From: an uncultured Rivularia sp. | GTDB taxonomy: Bacteria > Cyanobacteriota > Cyanobacteriia > Cyanobacteriales > Nostocaceae | Assembly: GCA_963665115.1 (NCBI GenBank) | Contig: OY762007.1 | Location: 5,152,001 to 5,216,000, forward strand | Direction of reading: 5' to 3' | DNA: 64,000 nucleotides | Shown: one piece after another, positions 21,433 through 32,056 of the stretch | How positions within the stretch are numbered: the first letter of the stretch is position 1 | Layout: each line of letters opens with the position of its first letter | Translations under genes and position numbers: made by a program | Notes under the pieces: generated by a model | What the model was told of the DNA's origin: nothing | The model's database searches: none | The model's input: the letters and a program-made list of their open reading frames with translations, nothing else

Positions 21433-23496
21433 ATGGAAGTAATCTATCAATATGCTTGGCTGATTCCAGTTTTACCGCTTTTAGGAGCGATGCTGGTAGG
21501 CTTAGGCTTAATCTCGTTTAATCAGGTGACTAACCGCCTACGACAGCTAAATGCCGTATTAATTATTTCTTTAATGGCAGCAGCAATGGGGCTGTCGTTT
21601 AGTTTGTTGTGGAGTCAAATTCAAGGACACCCGACTTATACGCGCACCTTGGAATGGGCAGCAGCAGGTAGCTTCCACTTGAATATGGGCTATACCGTTG
21701 ACCACCTTACAGCAGTAATGCTGGCGATTGTTACCAGCGTAGCCGTGTTAGTGATGGTGTACACCGACGGCTACATGGCTCACGATCCGGGCTACGTCAG
21801 GTTTTACGCCTATTTGAGTTTGTTTGGCTCCTCAATGTTAGGTTTGGTAGTTAGTCCGAACCTAGTACAAATTTATATATTCTGGGAACTGGTAGGGATG
21901 TGTTCCTACTTGCTGGTTGGCTTCTGGTACGATCGCAAGTCAGCAGCAGATGCAGCCCAAAAAGCGTTTGTTACCAACCGAGTTGGTGACTTTGGCTTGT
22001 TGTTGGGCATCTTAGGACTTTTTTGGGCCACGGGAAGTTTCGAGTTCGAGATAATGGGCGATCGCCTAGCAGAACTCGTACAAACTGGTTCTTTAAGCAA
22101 TGCTCTGGCGATTTTGTTTGCGATATTGGTCTTCTTAGGTCCTGTAGCGAAGTCGGCTCAGTTTCCGTTGCACGTTTGGCTGCCGGATGCAATGGAAGGT
22201 CCTACCCCCATTTCCGCTTTGATTCACGCGGCGACAATGGTGGCAGCTGGCGTTTTCTTAATTGCCCGGATGTACCCGGTATTTGAAAACGTTCCAACAG
22301 CAATGAACGTAATTGCTTATGTTGGAGCATTTACGGCGTTTATGGGGGCAACAATTGCCGTTACCCAAAACGACATCAAAAAAGGTTTGGCTTACTCGAC
22401 CATTTCCCAACTTGGCTATATGGTGTTGGCGATGGGAGTAGGTGCTTATACCGCCGGTTTCTTTCATTTGATGACTCATGCTTACTTCAAGGCGATGCTG
22501 TTCCTTGGTTCCGGTTCGGTAATTCACGGAATGGAAGGAGTTGTAGGTCACGATCCAGTTGTGGCGCAGGATATGCGAGCAATGGGCGGACTGCGGAAGT
22601 ATATGCCAGTTACGGCAATTACCTTTTTGATTGGTTGCTTGGCAATTTCAGGTATTCCACCTTTCGCTGGATTCTGGTCAAAAGATGAAATTCTTGGTTC
22701 AGCCTTTGCAGTTAATCCATTTTTGTGGTTCGTAGGTTGGTTAACTGCCGGACTTACCGCTTTCTATATGTTTAGAATGTATTTCATGACATTTGAAGGC
22801 AAATTCAAGGGCAAAGATGAAAGTATTTTGCAGCAGTTGACTAAACCAGCAGTTGCAGCCAATTTTGGCCCTGGGGCAATGAAGCAGGGAGAATTGGCAG
22901 AAACTCATGACGACCATTCACACGAGAGTCACGGACACAGCGATACCCCCCATGAGTCCCCGTGGACGATGACTTTACCTTTAGCTATTTTGGCAATTCC
23001 TTCGATGCTAATTGGTTTGGTAGGAACTCCTTATAAAAACTATTTTGAGGAGTTTATCTATCCACCCAGCGAAACTTTAGCTGAAGTGATGGAAAAAACT
23101 GCTGAATTCGATGCCACCGAGTTTTATACGATGGCAGGAATTTCCGTGGCGATCGCCGTTACGGGAATCATCTTGGCAGTGTTGATGTATCGAGTCAAAA
23201 AAATCGACCCAGCAGCCATTGCAGCCAAATTTCCATTGCTTTACAAGCTATCTCTCAACAAATGGTACTTCGATGATATTTACCATCGCGTATTCGTTGT
23301 TGGCTTGCGTCGTTTAGCCAGACAAGTATTGGAAGTTGACTTCCGCGTTGTCGATGGTGCTGTTAACCTCACCGGAATTTTCACCCTTTTCAGTGGTGAA
23401 AGTCTAAAGTACATAGAAACCGGACGCGCACAACTCTACGCCTTGATTATCTTTGGAGCCGTTTTGGGCTTAGTAATTGTCTTTGGTGTTACCTGA
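21433..23496 (+). CDS. ndhF1: NAD(P)H-quinone oxidoreductase subunit 5
   Basis: KSAQFPLHVWLPDAMEGPTPISALIHAATMV. Confidence 0.95.
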   Translation: MEVIYQYAWLIPVLPLLGAMLVGLGLISFNQVTNRLRQLNAVLIISLMAAAMGLSFSLLWSQIQGHPTYTRTLEWAAAGSFHLNMGYTVDHLTAVMLAIVTSVAVLVMVYTDGYMAHDPGYVRFYAYLSLFGSSMLGLVVSPNLVQIYIFWELVGMCSYLLVGFWYDRKSAADAAQKAFVTNRVGDFGLLLGILGLFWATGSFEFEIMGDRLAELVQTGSLSNALAILFAILVFLGPVAKSAQFPLHVWLPDAMEGPTPISALIHAATMVAAGVFLIARMYPVFENVPTAMNVIAYVGAFTAFMGATIAVTQNDIKKGLAYSTISQLGYMVLAMGVGAYTAGFFHLMTHAYFKAMLFLGSGSVIHGMEGVVGHDPVVAQDMRAMGGLRKYMPVTAITFLIGCLAISGIPPFAGFWSKDEILGSAFAVNPFLWFVGWLTAGLTAFYMFRMYFMTFEGKFKGKDESILQQLTKPAVAANFGPGAMKQGELAETHDDHSHESHGHSDTPHESPWTMTLPLAILAIPSMLIGLVGTPYKNYFEEFIYPPSETLAEVMEKTAEFDATEFYTMAGISVAIAVTGIILAVLMYRVKKIDPAAIAAKFPLLYKLSLNKWYFDDIYHRVFVVGLRRLARQVLEVDFRVVDGAVNLTGIFTLFSGESLKYIETGRAQLYALIIFGAVLGLVIVFGVT

Positions 23497-23545
23497 TGTA
23501 GAAATGTCATATGTTACGTTTCTACTTGTGAATTAGGTTAATAAG

Positions 23546-23586
23546 GATGAAGGCAGAAAAATTAGTTTATCTGCCTTCATCTTTTT
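23546..23586 (+). terminator. Hairpin plus T-tract after ndhF1
   Basis: gatgaaggcaga...tctgccttcatc followed by ttttt. Confidence 0.7.
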
Positions 23587-23626
23587 GAGCTTAGAATCTT
23601 GGAAGATGGGGAGACAATGAGAGATG

Positions 23627-23714
23627 GAGTTATGAGTTATGAGTTATGAGTTATGAGTTATGAGTTACCCATTACCTATTACCTATTCCCTATGCCCAAT
23701 TCCCTATTCCCTAC
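23627..23714. repeat. Heptamer tandem repeats (GAGTTAT)n followed by CCTATT-type units
   Basis: Visible tandem array. Confidence 0.85.
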
Positions 23715-23825
23715 TTTCAAATTTTGTTAAATCAACCGGAACATTAACGCCAAATCGAAAAAAAACTGCTAATTAATAGCTAGTAGTTGATAGCCAAAAT
23801 TTATTATTCCTTCCTAACCATTTCG

Positions 23826-25397
23826 ATGAATATAGCTAATTTTCCGTGGCTAACAACGATTATTTTGTTGCCCATAGCAGCATCGCTGTTAGTTCCTATC
23901 ATCCCGGATAAAGACGGTAAAACAGTGCGCTGGTTTGCCCTCATAGTCGGGCTGATCGACTTTGCGCTGATTGTTACCGCTTTTTACACTCAGTACGACT
24001 TCTCAAATCCAGATTTGCAACTGGTAGAAAGTTATTCTTGGGTTCCCCAACTGGGTTTAAATTGGTCGGTAGGGGCAGATGGCTTATCAATGCCTTTAAT
24101 TATTTTGACCGGATTCATTACCACGCTGGCGGCTTTAGCAGCTTGGCCAGTTACCTTTAAACCCAAGCTATTCTACTTTTTGATACTAGCAATGTACGGC
24201 GCACAAATAGCCGTGTTTGCAGTTCAAGATATGCTGTTATTTTTCCTAGTGTGGGAACTCGAATTGATTCCGGTTTACCTCCTATTGTCAATTTGGGGAG
24301 GTAAAAAGCGGCATTATGCAGCCACTAAGTTTATTTTGTATACCGCTGGTGCTTCGTTATTTATCTTGCTTGCATCCCTAACGATGGCATTTTACGGCGA
24401 TAACATTACATTTGATATGGCAACGTTAGCCGCAAAAGATTTTCCCCTGAAGCTGCAACTTGGGCTGTATGCAGCTTTCTTCATAGCTTATGCGGTTAAA
24501 CTACCCGTTATTCCCCTACATACTTGGCTGCCAGATGCCCACGGTGAAGCTACAGCCCCCGTGCATATGTTGCTGGCTGGGATTTTGTTAAAAATGGGCG
24601 GTTATGCATTGATTCGGATGAATGCCCAAATGCTTCCCGATGCACACGCTTATTTTGCGCCAGCTTTAATAATTTTGGGGGTTGTGAATATTATCTACGC
24701 CGCCTTAACGTCCTTTGCACAACGTAACCTGAAGCGTAAAATCGCCTACTCTTCAATTTCTCACATGGGCTTTGTGCTGATTGGGATTGGCTGCTTCACC
24801 GATTTAGGTTTGAGCGGAGCAGTACTGCAAATGGTTTCCCACGGATTAATTGGAGCGAGTTTGTTCTTCTTAGTTGGTGCGACTTACGATAGAACCCACA
24901 CCTTGATGCTCGATGAAATGGGCGGTGTTGGTAAAAGAATGAGTAAAATCTTTGCCATGTTTACCACCTGTTCGATGGCTTCTTTAGCATTACCAGGAAT
25001 GAGTGGTTTTGTGGCAGAGTTGATGATATTCGTTGGTTTTACAAGCAGCGATGCTTATAGCAACACCTTCAAGATTTTCGTGGTGTTCTTAATGGCAGTA
25101 GGTATAATTTTGACTCCGATTTACCTGCTATCAATGTTGCGGGAGATTTTCTACGGCGAAGAAAACAAAGAATTGGTTTCCCATCAAAACCTCATAGATG
25201 CCGAACCCCGCGAAATATTCATTGTTGCTTGTTTGTTGATACCAATTATCGGAATTGGTTTGTATCCGAAGATTTTGACTCAAATTTACGATGCGACAAC
25301 AGTTCAATTAACTGCTAGATTGCGCGATTCCGTACCGAGTTTGGCTCAACGGGAAGTGCCTGCGGTGTCCATGAGTGCGCCGGAGATTGGTAATTAG
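23826..25397 (+). CDS. ndhD1: NAD(P)H-quinone oxidoreductase subunit 4
   Basis: [29 protein letters not shown]; follows ndhF1. Confidence 0.93.
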   Translation: MNIANFPWLTTIILLPIAASLLVPIIPDKDGKTVRWFALIVGLIDFALIVTAFYTQYDFSNPDLQLVESYSWVPQLGLNWSVGADGLSMPLIILTGFITTLAALAAWPVTFKPKLFYFLILAMYGAQIAVFAVQDMLLFFLVWELELIPVYLLLSIWGGKKRHYAATKFILYTAGASLFILLASLTMAFYGDNITFDMATLAAKDFPLKLQLGLYAAFFIAYAVKLPVIPLHTWLPDAHGEATAPVHMLLAGILLKMGGYALIRMNAQMLPDAHAYFAPALIILGVVNIIYAALTSFAQRNLKRKIAYSSISHMGFVLIGIGCFTDLGLSGAVLQMVSHGLIGASLFFLVGATYDRTHTLMLDEMGGVGKRMSKIFAMFTTCSMASLALPGMSGFVAELMIFVGFTSSDAYSNTFKIFVVFLMAVGIILTPIYLLSMLREIFYGEENKELVSHQNLIDAEPREIFIVACLLIPIIGIGLYPKILTQIYDATTVQLTARLRDSVPSLAQREVPAVSMSAPEIGN

Positions 25398-25426
25398 TTT
25401 TTAGTTTGAAGTAATTTTATTTAATT

Positions 25427-25463
25427 AAAGGGATGGGTTTAATTAAAACCTGTCCTTTTTTTT
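25427..25463 (+). terminator. Rho-independent terminator after ndhD1
   Basis: aaagggatgggttt...aaacctgtccttt followed by a T-run. Confidence 0.7.
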
Positions 25464-25701
25464 GTGGGGTTGTGGGGATAATTGCCCGCAATAACGTTCG
25501 CATAACGCCCGCAGGTTGGAAACCTGGGGCTACAGATACAAAGCCCGCCTGCGCGGGCTAATGTAATACATATTTCTTATCGGGTGTGTGACGCTTTGAT
25601 AATTTTTGTTGGTGGTTATAAGACTTCTAGCGTCACGCACCAACTGATTTTAAGGAGGAGAGAGTGATTTTACATAGCAAAATGCTAAGTAGGGTCGGCA
25701 T

Positions 25702-25893
25702 TCATTTCAACGTTTTTACACCTGAATAAGCCAGAATTTTCGCATCAGCAGTTAGCAAGGGAGAATCATAAAATCTAGCTGTGGCAACAATTATCTGGTC
25801 AAAAGGGTCACTATGAAATCCAGATAACTGGGTTGAATCAATAACTATGTTCTGAACCCACCACACCCAAATATGTGTATCAATTACAATCAT
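25702..25893 (-). pseudogene. VapC/PIN toxin with large in-frame internal deletion
   Basis: 63 aa. The PIN N-terminus (MIVIDTHIWVWW) is joined directly to the C-terminus (HSDPFDQIIVATA...LLTAD). Start overlaps the antitoxin stop (ATGA). Confidence 0.75.
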
Positions 25894-26141
25894 TGCAAAA
25901 ATTCCCAATCTTCTAAGGCAACGGGTTCTGTTGGGTTATCGTAATTATATGGCTGTGTATTATGTAGTGGATAAAGCTTTTTTTCTGTTTGCTGTTGAGG
26001 ATTAAAGTTAGAGCCAGTATCATCTTTTAATTGACGTTTGGCATGGCTAACTTTGATGAAACGAATAAAATCTAATGCTTCAGTTAATAATTCTGAAGGT
26101 AAAGATTCTATTTCTTGAATTAGTAATTCTTTTTTAATCAT
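25890..26141 (-). CDS. Putative antitoxin (DUF2281-like)
   Basis: LIQEIESLP...EALDFIRFI N-terminus and YDNPTEPVALEDWE C-terminus; coupled to the PIN gene. Confidence 0.7.
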   Translation of the reverse strand: MIKKELLIQEIESLPSELLTEALDFIRFIKVSHAKRQLKDDTGSNFNPQQQTEKKLYPLHNTQPYNYDNPTEPVALEDWEFLQ

Positions 26142-26278
26142 ATTAAGTAAACTTCCTTATTTATATATACATAACAATTTAAACCATAAGCCATACCAAC
26201 CCATATGTAACCCTGAAGTCCGCGCTGCTTCACCGCGTTTTGCATCCCCAACATCTCTAATTAACAAAAATAAAAGCC

Positions 26279-27264
26279 ATGAACCGAGCAAGTCAATATC
26301 TTTTGGAATTAGCAAAACAGAAGATACAGCCGTATATAGCAAATCCTCAAGCCAGAGCAGCTATGATTACAGGTTCTACTGCTAAAGGACAAGCGGATTT
26401 TTATTCTGATGTAGAGATGTTTATTTATTATGACCAATTACCTTCTAAAGAAGAACTGCAATTTGCTCGTCAGCAAAATAAAGGTTCTCAACCCATCCGT
26501 ACTATTGACGATCGCAGTGCCGGATGGTTTGGAGAATTTTATTATATCGATGGGGTAGAATTCCAGATTGGTAATAAGCTGCTACGCATTTAATTTGTAT
26601 AGTACTAGCGAGCAAGATGCTCGCACTACAACCTTTTCAAATTTTCGCATTATTCAATTTAGCTGCACATCAGCTTATGACGATTGAGTTTTGGGAACAA
26701 GACATGGCAATGATATTACAAGAACTTGATACTTCTCCAATACAAAAAGCTCTTTTAGGAATGCTTGACTGTATTCCGGTGTACGGTGAGGATTTGATTT
26801 CACAATGGAAAAAACAGGTTACTGACTACCCAGATGCGCTAGCGCGAGCGATGGTAGAAAAATATTTAAATTTTGTCCCGCTTTGGGCTTTGCAAGAACA
26901 GTTGGTTGCAAGAGATACTACACTATTCCAGCATCAGATACGTTTAGAAGTAGGACAAAATATTCTTGGTGTTCTAGCTGGACTGAATCGTTTGTATTAT
27001 ACGACTTTTCAGTTTAAACGCATGAAAAAGTTTATCGAACAAATGAATATTGCTCCTCAAAATTTGTATATACGATTAGAAAGTCTTTATCACCAAGAAC
27101 CTTTATCTACTGCTAACCAATTAAAAGCACTCGTAGCTGAAACTGTAGAATTGATTGAGTTAGATATGCCTGAAATAGATACATCAAAAGTCAAGCAATC
27201 GCTTGAACGTCAAGAGCATACCTGGGAAGCAAAACCAGTAATCAAAAAGAATAAGAATGAATAA
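26279..27264 (+). pseudogene. Nucleotidyltransferase-domain protein interrupted by a MITE
   Basis: GSTAKG.AD.YSDVE motif. Removing the 101-bp insertion rejoins ...VEFQIGN-MTIEFWEQ... in frame. Confidence 0.8.
26577..26675. mobile_element. 99-bp MITE with TA target duplication
   Basis: TA|AGCTG...CAGCT|TA ends, imperfect ~21-bp TIRs, internal REP-like hairpin gcgagcaagatgctcgc. Confidence 0.8.
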
Positions 27265-27513
27265 AGAACAAAAAGGTTTTTTATTGAAGAAATGACCACT
27301 GATACTTAACAACGCCGTCAAGAAACGGAAAATAGAGCGCAAATGCTGGCGGAACGTTTAAAAGCCTTTGGCATAGATCCAGATAAGCTGGGTTAATAGT
27401 GAAACTACACCAAATTGTAAAATACACTGATAAAGCCGTAACATTGTGTACTAGTGAATTTATAGAGTAATTTATTTGCTTTATTCTGTAATAGTTTGTT
27501 GTTAACAATTTCT

Positions 27514-27988
27514 ATGAATTTACTAAAGAATAAGTTTCAAGTCGGCATTGCACTTCTAAGTGTTATCGGAAATTTAGCATTTTTACCTAGCGCTGAAGGT
27601 ACCGTAAATAGTAATCTTTCTGTCACGGTTAACGGACTAAAAGATCAAAAAGGACAAGTTTGTTTCAGCCTTTTTTCTAGCAGTCGCGGTTTTCCCAGTA
27701 ATGATAAACGTGCTATTAAAGCGCAGTGCGTCAAGCTTGGAGATAGCAACGTCAAATTAAATATTCCTTCTTTAAAAGCTGGAACTTATGCTCTGGCCAT
27801 GTTTCACGATAAGAATGGTGATGGCAAACTAAATACAAACGGTTTAGGTATCCCTAAAGAAGGTTTCGGATTTTCTCGAAATCCCCGAATTCTTACTGGC
27901 CCCCCCTAAGTTCGGCGATTCGGCTGTATTTGTAGTTGGTTCGAGTACTAATATTCAAATCAATATGAACTACTTTTTTGGTGGTTAA
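27514..27988 (+). CDS. DUF2141-family secreted protein, frameshifted at a C7 run (27900-27906)
   Basis: YALAMFHDKNGDGKLNTNGLGIPKEGFGFSRNP. Removing one C continues GPPKFGDSAVFVVG...FFGG*. Confidence 0.85.
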
Positions 27989-28205
27989 TAGAGCAACTGC
28001 AATTTATTACCAGAGGATGTTAAAGATTAATCGGCATTAAGGGAGACGTAGCATTGCTACGTCTCTACATTATTTATTTTTCTAATTCATCATTTATAAT
28101 ACGCTAGTACTATAATTGGTTATAGACTGGCTAATTAGTTTATCCCGGAAGAGTATTTCATATTTGCGGGATAAATTTTCTTATGCTTACCGATCCAACA
28201 CAGTA

Positions 28206-28306
28206 AGTACCTACGCAAAATTAATTGTGTATTGTCGTTGCGAGGAACGAAGCAATCGCAGGGACTTGAAGTTTTCAAAATGTTAAATTAATTTTGCACG
28301 AGTACT
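28206..28306. mobile_element. 101-bp MITE with TA flanks
   Basis: TA|AGTACCTACGCAAAATTAATT ... AATTAATTTTGCACGAGTACT|TA. Confidence 0.75.
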
Positions 28307-28405
28307 TATAAATGTTGATTCAGCGGTTATTGAGGGAATTATATATTTAAAGCCATTAAGGGCAGATTGTAAAAAACATTAATTAGTAAAAGCATTTACG
28401 GGAAC

Positions 28406-29086
28406 ATGGATATTAAATTAGGCTTTGGATCGATTCCAAGATTGCAGTATATTTTTGTGAGCAGAGAAAATGATTACTGCTGGTACGCGCTTTCAGAAGA
28501 AAAAAAGCAGATTCCTATTTACGATAAAGCTTTGACTGGGGTAATAACAGGAATAGAAATTAATAAAAAAGTAGAAACTTCATTTGGAGAAACGGAAAAA
28601 ACCGATTTATATATTCTCGCAGATAAACCTTATGTTGTGCGATCGGGTAGCGATTCCTACTTTTCTAAAGGTTTATTAATGTCTTTAGATAAAGTAAGTG
28701 CTGAAGAATTACAGCATCCACTGACAATTGCAGTTGAACCCGGAGAGAAAAAAATTGTTTTTTGTAAAGTTTACAATCCAGCAACTTACAGGAGTATAGA
28801 TGTAAATTGGGAAGAACATCGAGAAATTAACTGGCAAGTTTTAGGTCAAAATGTCGGTTTAAAAATTAATCAGAAAACACAACTTACTTCCGAGTTTACA
28901 ACTGCCGAATTGCGTGAAAATTTAATTGCTCAATCGGATAAATATTTGAGACTTTTAAATTGGACTACCGAGCAGGGAAGAGAGTATTTACAGCAAAGAT
29001 ATCAAAAACGTTCGCGTCAGCAATTAACTGATGCAGAGCTTCTGGATTTTATTGATTATTTGAAGTTGCAGCCACAGAGGATTTAA
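28406..29086 (+). CDS. Hypothetical protein with a C-terminal W..EQGREYL...SRQQLTD.EL helical module
   Basis: 226-aa ORF; function not assignable from the sequence. Confidence 0.7.
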   Translation: MDIKLGFGSIPRLQYIFVSRENDYCWYALSEEKKQIPIYDKALTGVITGIEINKKVETSFGETEKTDLYILADKPYVVRSGSDSYFSKGLLMSLDKVSAEELQHPLTIAVEPGEKKIVFCKVYNPATYRSIDVNWEEHREINWQVLGQNVGLKINQKTQLTSEFTTAELRENLIAQSDKYLRLLNWTTEQGREYLQQRYQKRSRQQLTDAELLDFIDYLKLQPQRI

Positions 29087-29092
29087 TAAGAG

Positions 29093-29205
29093 GGAATAGG
29101 GAATAGGGAATAGGGAATAGGGGGAAGAGGGGGAAGAAGGGGTAGAGGGGGTAGATAATTCCTAACTCTTCACTCCTAACTCCTAACTCCTAACTCCTTA
29201 CTCCC
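29093..29205. repeat. Heptamer tandem repeats (GGGAATA)n and (CTCCTAA)n
   Basis: Visible arrays between convergent genes. Confidence 0.8.
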
Positions 29206-29206
29206 T

Positions 29207-30712
29207 TTAACGCACCCGACAGAATTTCCTATCGGTGTCATCTTTGGGATTTTGCCAAGAGTAAGCAAAATGGCTGACTCCTTTGATATATGGCTTGTAT
29301 TGACTTAAAGCTCGCATTTGTTTTTCCAAAGGTGGACGATTGCTCATGGATTTACCCCAAGCACCTGCTAAGGCTGGAATTATTTGGGTTCCTGGTTTAG
29401 CAGTGTCTATTACTCGCTTTACCTGAGAAACAATACACCGACTAGTGCCGCATTTTCCGTAAGCCATCGGATGCCATTCTAAGGAATTAGGAAATCTATC
29501 CCAAGGTTGTAAGCGTGAATCGTAACCTTTTCCTACTGTTTTATTTCCACCGGGGAAAAATACTACTCCTGCGGGAACTCCTATCTGCTGGGCTGGATAA
29601 GCTGCAAGTGCGACGAAATCCAGAATACCCTGCATGGCATGAGCTACGGAAAGCTGCCACAATTCTGATTGCAGTAAAGGTTGTCTTTCTTGTGGAGAAT
29701 TAAGTGCTTTTTGTTGAATCGGTGGAGTGCGCCCCTGCCATAAGGGTTCTCCTTCTTGAGGATACTGTTTGTCAAGCTTAGCTATATCTGATGATGTAAC
29801 GTATCCCTTGCTCAAAAATAGCCGAATTAGCCCCAATCCTTTGTTATTCAGCGCTCGTTGAAATAATGCTTGTTGAGTTGATTTGCTGTACAACCATAAA
29901 TCTGTAACTCTAGTCGCTATGGAATTTTTACCTGCTTGACGCGGATAGCGCACGTAGTCAAATAATACACCATCAGGACGACGGCGCATTACTTCAGTCA
30001 TCATTTGATAAAAGTCACGCTTAGCCTGCAAATTATAGGGATCGACAAATACTTGAGAGCTGTTATCTACTACATAGAGGCTAGTTTGACCTTTTCCATT
30101 TCGGGCGATCGCCTCTTCTCTGTCTTTACGTCGAGCGTAGGTATAGCCGAAATTAGTGGTAAACATCCAGGAATATACTTTCAATCCCCGTTCGCGCCCT
30201 TTTTGAATGCTTTGCGCTAGTAAATCGATGTTTTCTTGCCCCTTACCGCGAATTACAGAAGGCCATACTGTACTATTCGAGTTTTTTGGTAACAAGACTC
30301 GCCCATCGTAAAAAGTTTCTACATAAACTTGGTTGTAACCTTTGTTAACAACATTATCCATAATTCTGTCAAGTGCCCCTGCTTGAACGTCGCAGGGATA
30401 CAAGCGCAACCAGATTGCTTGGACTTCTGGCCAAGTGCGTTTGCGACAGTCATTTACAGCTTGTGAGTGCTGTCTCACTAATTGCTGATAACGATTTGCG
30501 GCTTCTCGATCGCCTTTTTTTGCCGACAAACGCAACTTTTCTTTTTGCTTGACTGCGGTAGATGATATATGGCAGTTTCTGGTTACTTGTGCGTTTGCTG
30601 GCTGACTTTTTAGGTAAGGAAGAAATAGAGTCGTACTGAAAATTACTGCAAACAGTTGTCGTAAAATTAACTTTGGCTTTGCGACACTCAAGGCAAGCTT
30701 AGACATATTCAC
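29207..30712 (-). CDS. Glycoside hydrolase family 10-like (GHL10/DUF187) secreted protein
   Basis: Signal peptide; AIWLR, GYNQVYVETF, GLKVYSW and DGVLFDYVRYP motifs. Confidence 0.8.
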   Translation of the reverse strand: MNMSKLALSVAKPKLILRQLFAVIFSTTLFLPYLKSQPANAQVTRNCHISSTAVKQKEKLRLSAKKGDREAANRYQQLVRQHSQAVNDCRKRTWPEVQAIWLRLYPCDVQAGALDRIMDNVVNKGYNQVYVETFYDGRVLLPKNSNSTVWPSVIRGKGQENIDLLAQSIQKGRERGLKVYSWMFTTNFGYTYARRKDREEAIARNGKGQTSLYVVDNSSQVFVDPYNLQAKRDFYQMMTEVMRRRPDGVLFDYVRYPRQAGKNSIATRVTDLWLYSKSTQQALFQRALNNKGLGLIRLFLSKGYVTSSDIAKLDKQYPQEGEPLWQGRTPPIQQKALNSPQERQPLLQSELWQLSVAHAMQGILDFVALAAYPAQQIGVPAGVVFFPGGNKTVGKGYDSRLQPWDRFPNSLEWHPMAYGKCGTSRCIVSQVKRVIDTAKPGTQIIPALAGAWGKSMSNRPPLEKQMRALSQYKPYIKGVSHFAYSWQNPKDDTDRKFCRVR

Positions 30713-31396
30713 TAATAAAATTAAAAATTATTACCAACCCCAATACACTTTTCCACGGGTAACGTGTATTTTATTACATAATTTCGTAATAGGAGCTTTG
30801 AAGCCTTGATTTTATAGACTTCTAATATCCTATTTCTGTTGCCGTATATCATTATTCGATTTTTTCTAAATGTCAACTTAGCAATTTAAAGCAATTATAT
30901 GTTCGTTTTATTGCTCGTCAATAATACCGTAGTATCTACAGCTAGATATAATACTTGCATTTTTCGACAATTAAGTTAGCTCGTATATTTCTTTGTTACC
31001 AATATCGAAAATACACAAGGTGTTAATACTTGCGTCAAAAACTACTCCTTTCTCGGTTTAAGATTACAGATGGAATTTCTTCTCTCCTGTTAAAAGCTTG
31101 CTCAATTGAGTAATCTTCTAACGGGATAACAGTAAGACTTTAAAACTAGAAATTATAGCCCACAATCTATAAAATTGAACTGCAAGCGATAGTTTATTTT
31201 GTATCATCGTTCTGTAATACAAATGAAATATTGATGATTATTAGAATTAATCACTATTTTGATTAAATATTTTTAAAGCAAATAAAGAATAATTGATAAT
31301 AAATTAATAATAATTAAAACTTCATAAATTGTTACGGTTAGTAGTTGTTTTTTAGATTTGGAACCACTAACCGCGAACAAAAAAATTATCCTGTGA

Positions 31397-31801
31397 CTAA
31401 GCACCACGTCTGAGCGCAGTTTCTACTTGCTTAAACTCTTTTTCCAAGCGATTTTTTAGCTTTTCAGGTACGGGACGATTTGGATAAGAACTGTAATGTC
31501 CGGCTAAAGAATTAAGAGCAGTTCGCATGGTTGTAAAGGAGCTTAAACCCGATACAGAATTGTTACGCTGATAGCGAGCTGCAAACTCATTAATCTTTTT
31601 ACGTGCATCTGCTTGAACTGCTGCTTTATCAGCGGCATCATCAGGTGAATCTAAAGCTTGTCTCAATACACTGACTATATTTAGAGTGTCTTGACGATAA
31701 TCTCCACTTAGTTGATCTGGACTACCGGAACATCCAGTTAAGCCTATGACTACAACTAAAACTAGGGCGAATAAACCTGACCAATAGCGTTTCATATGCA
31801 T
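31397..31801 (-). CDS. psb27: Photosystem II assembly lipoprotein Psb27
   Basis: Lipobox LTGC; SFTTMRTALNSLAGHY. Confidence 0.95.
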   Translation of the reverse strand: MHMKRYWSGLFALVLVVVIGLTGCSGSPDQLSGDYRQDTLNIVSVLRQALDSPDDAADKAAVQADARKKINEFAARYQRNNSVSGLSSFTTMRTALNSLAGHYSSYPNRPVPEKLKNRLEKEFKQVETALRRGA

Positions 31802-31886
31802 GGTTTGTGAACAAATACTTAAATCAACGTCCATCGTATCTTGTATTTGTATCGTAGGGATCGTTTTTGAAGAAGCATGAAGCAGT

Positions 31887-32050
31887 GAGTAGGGAGTAGG
31901 GAGTTAGGAGTTAGGAGTAGGGAGTAGGGAGTAGGGAGTAGGGAGTAGGGAGTAGGGAGTTAGGAGTAGGGAGTAGGGAGTTAGGAGTAGGGAGTTAGTT
32001 GAACGTTCTTCTCCCCAATGCCCAATCCCCAATCCCCAATTCCCAATCCC
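31887..32050. repeat. Heptamer arrays (GAGTAGG/GAGTTAG)n and (CCCAAT.)n
   Basis: Visible tandem arrays (STRR-type). Confidence 0.9.
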
Positions 32051-32056
32051 TTTTAT

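Noticed and set aside
26617..27264. Independent 215-aa gene
   Set aside because: Its first ~20 codons come from the MITE; it is the 3' part of the interrupted gene.
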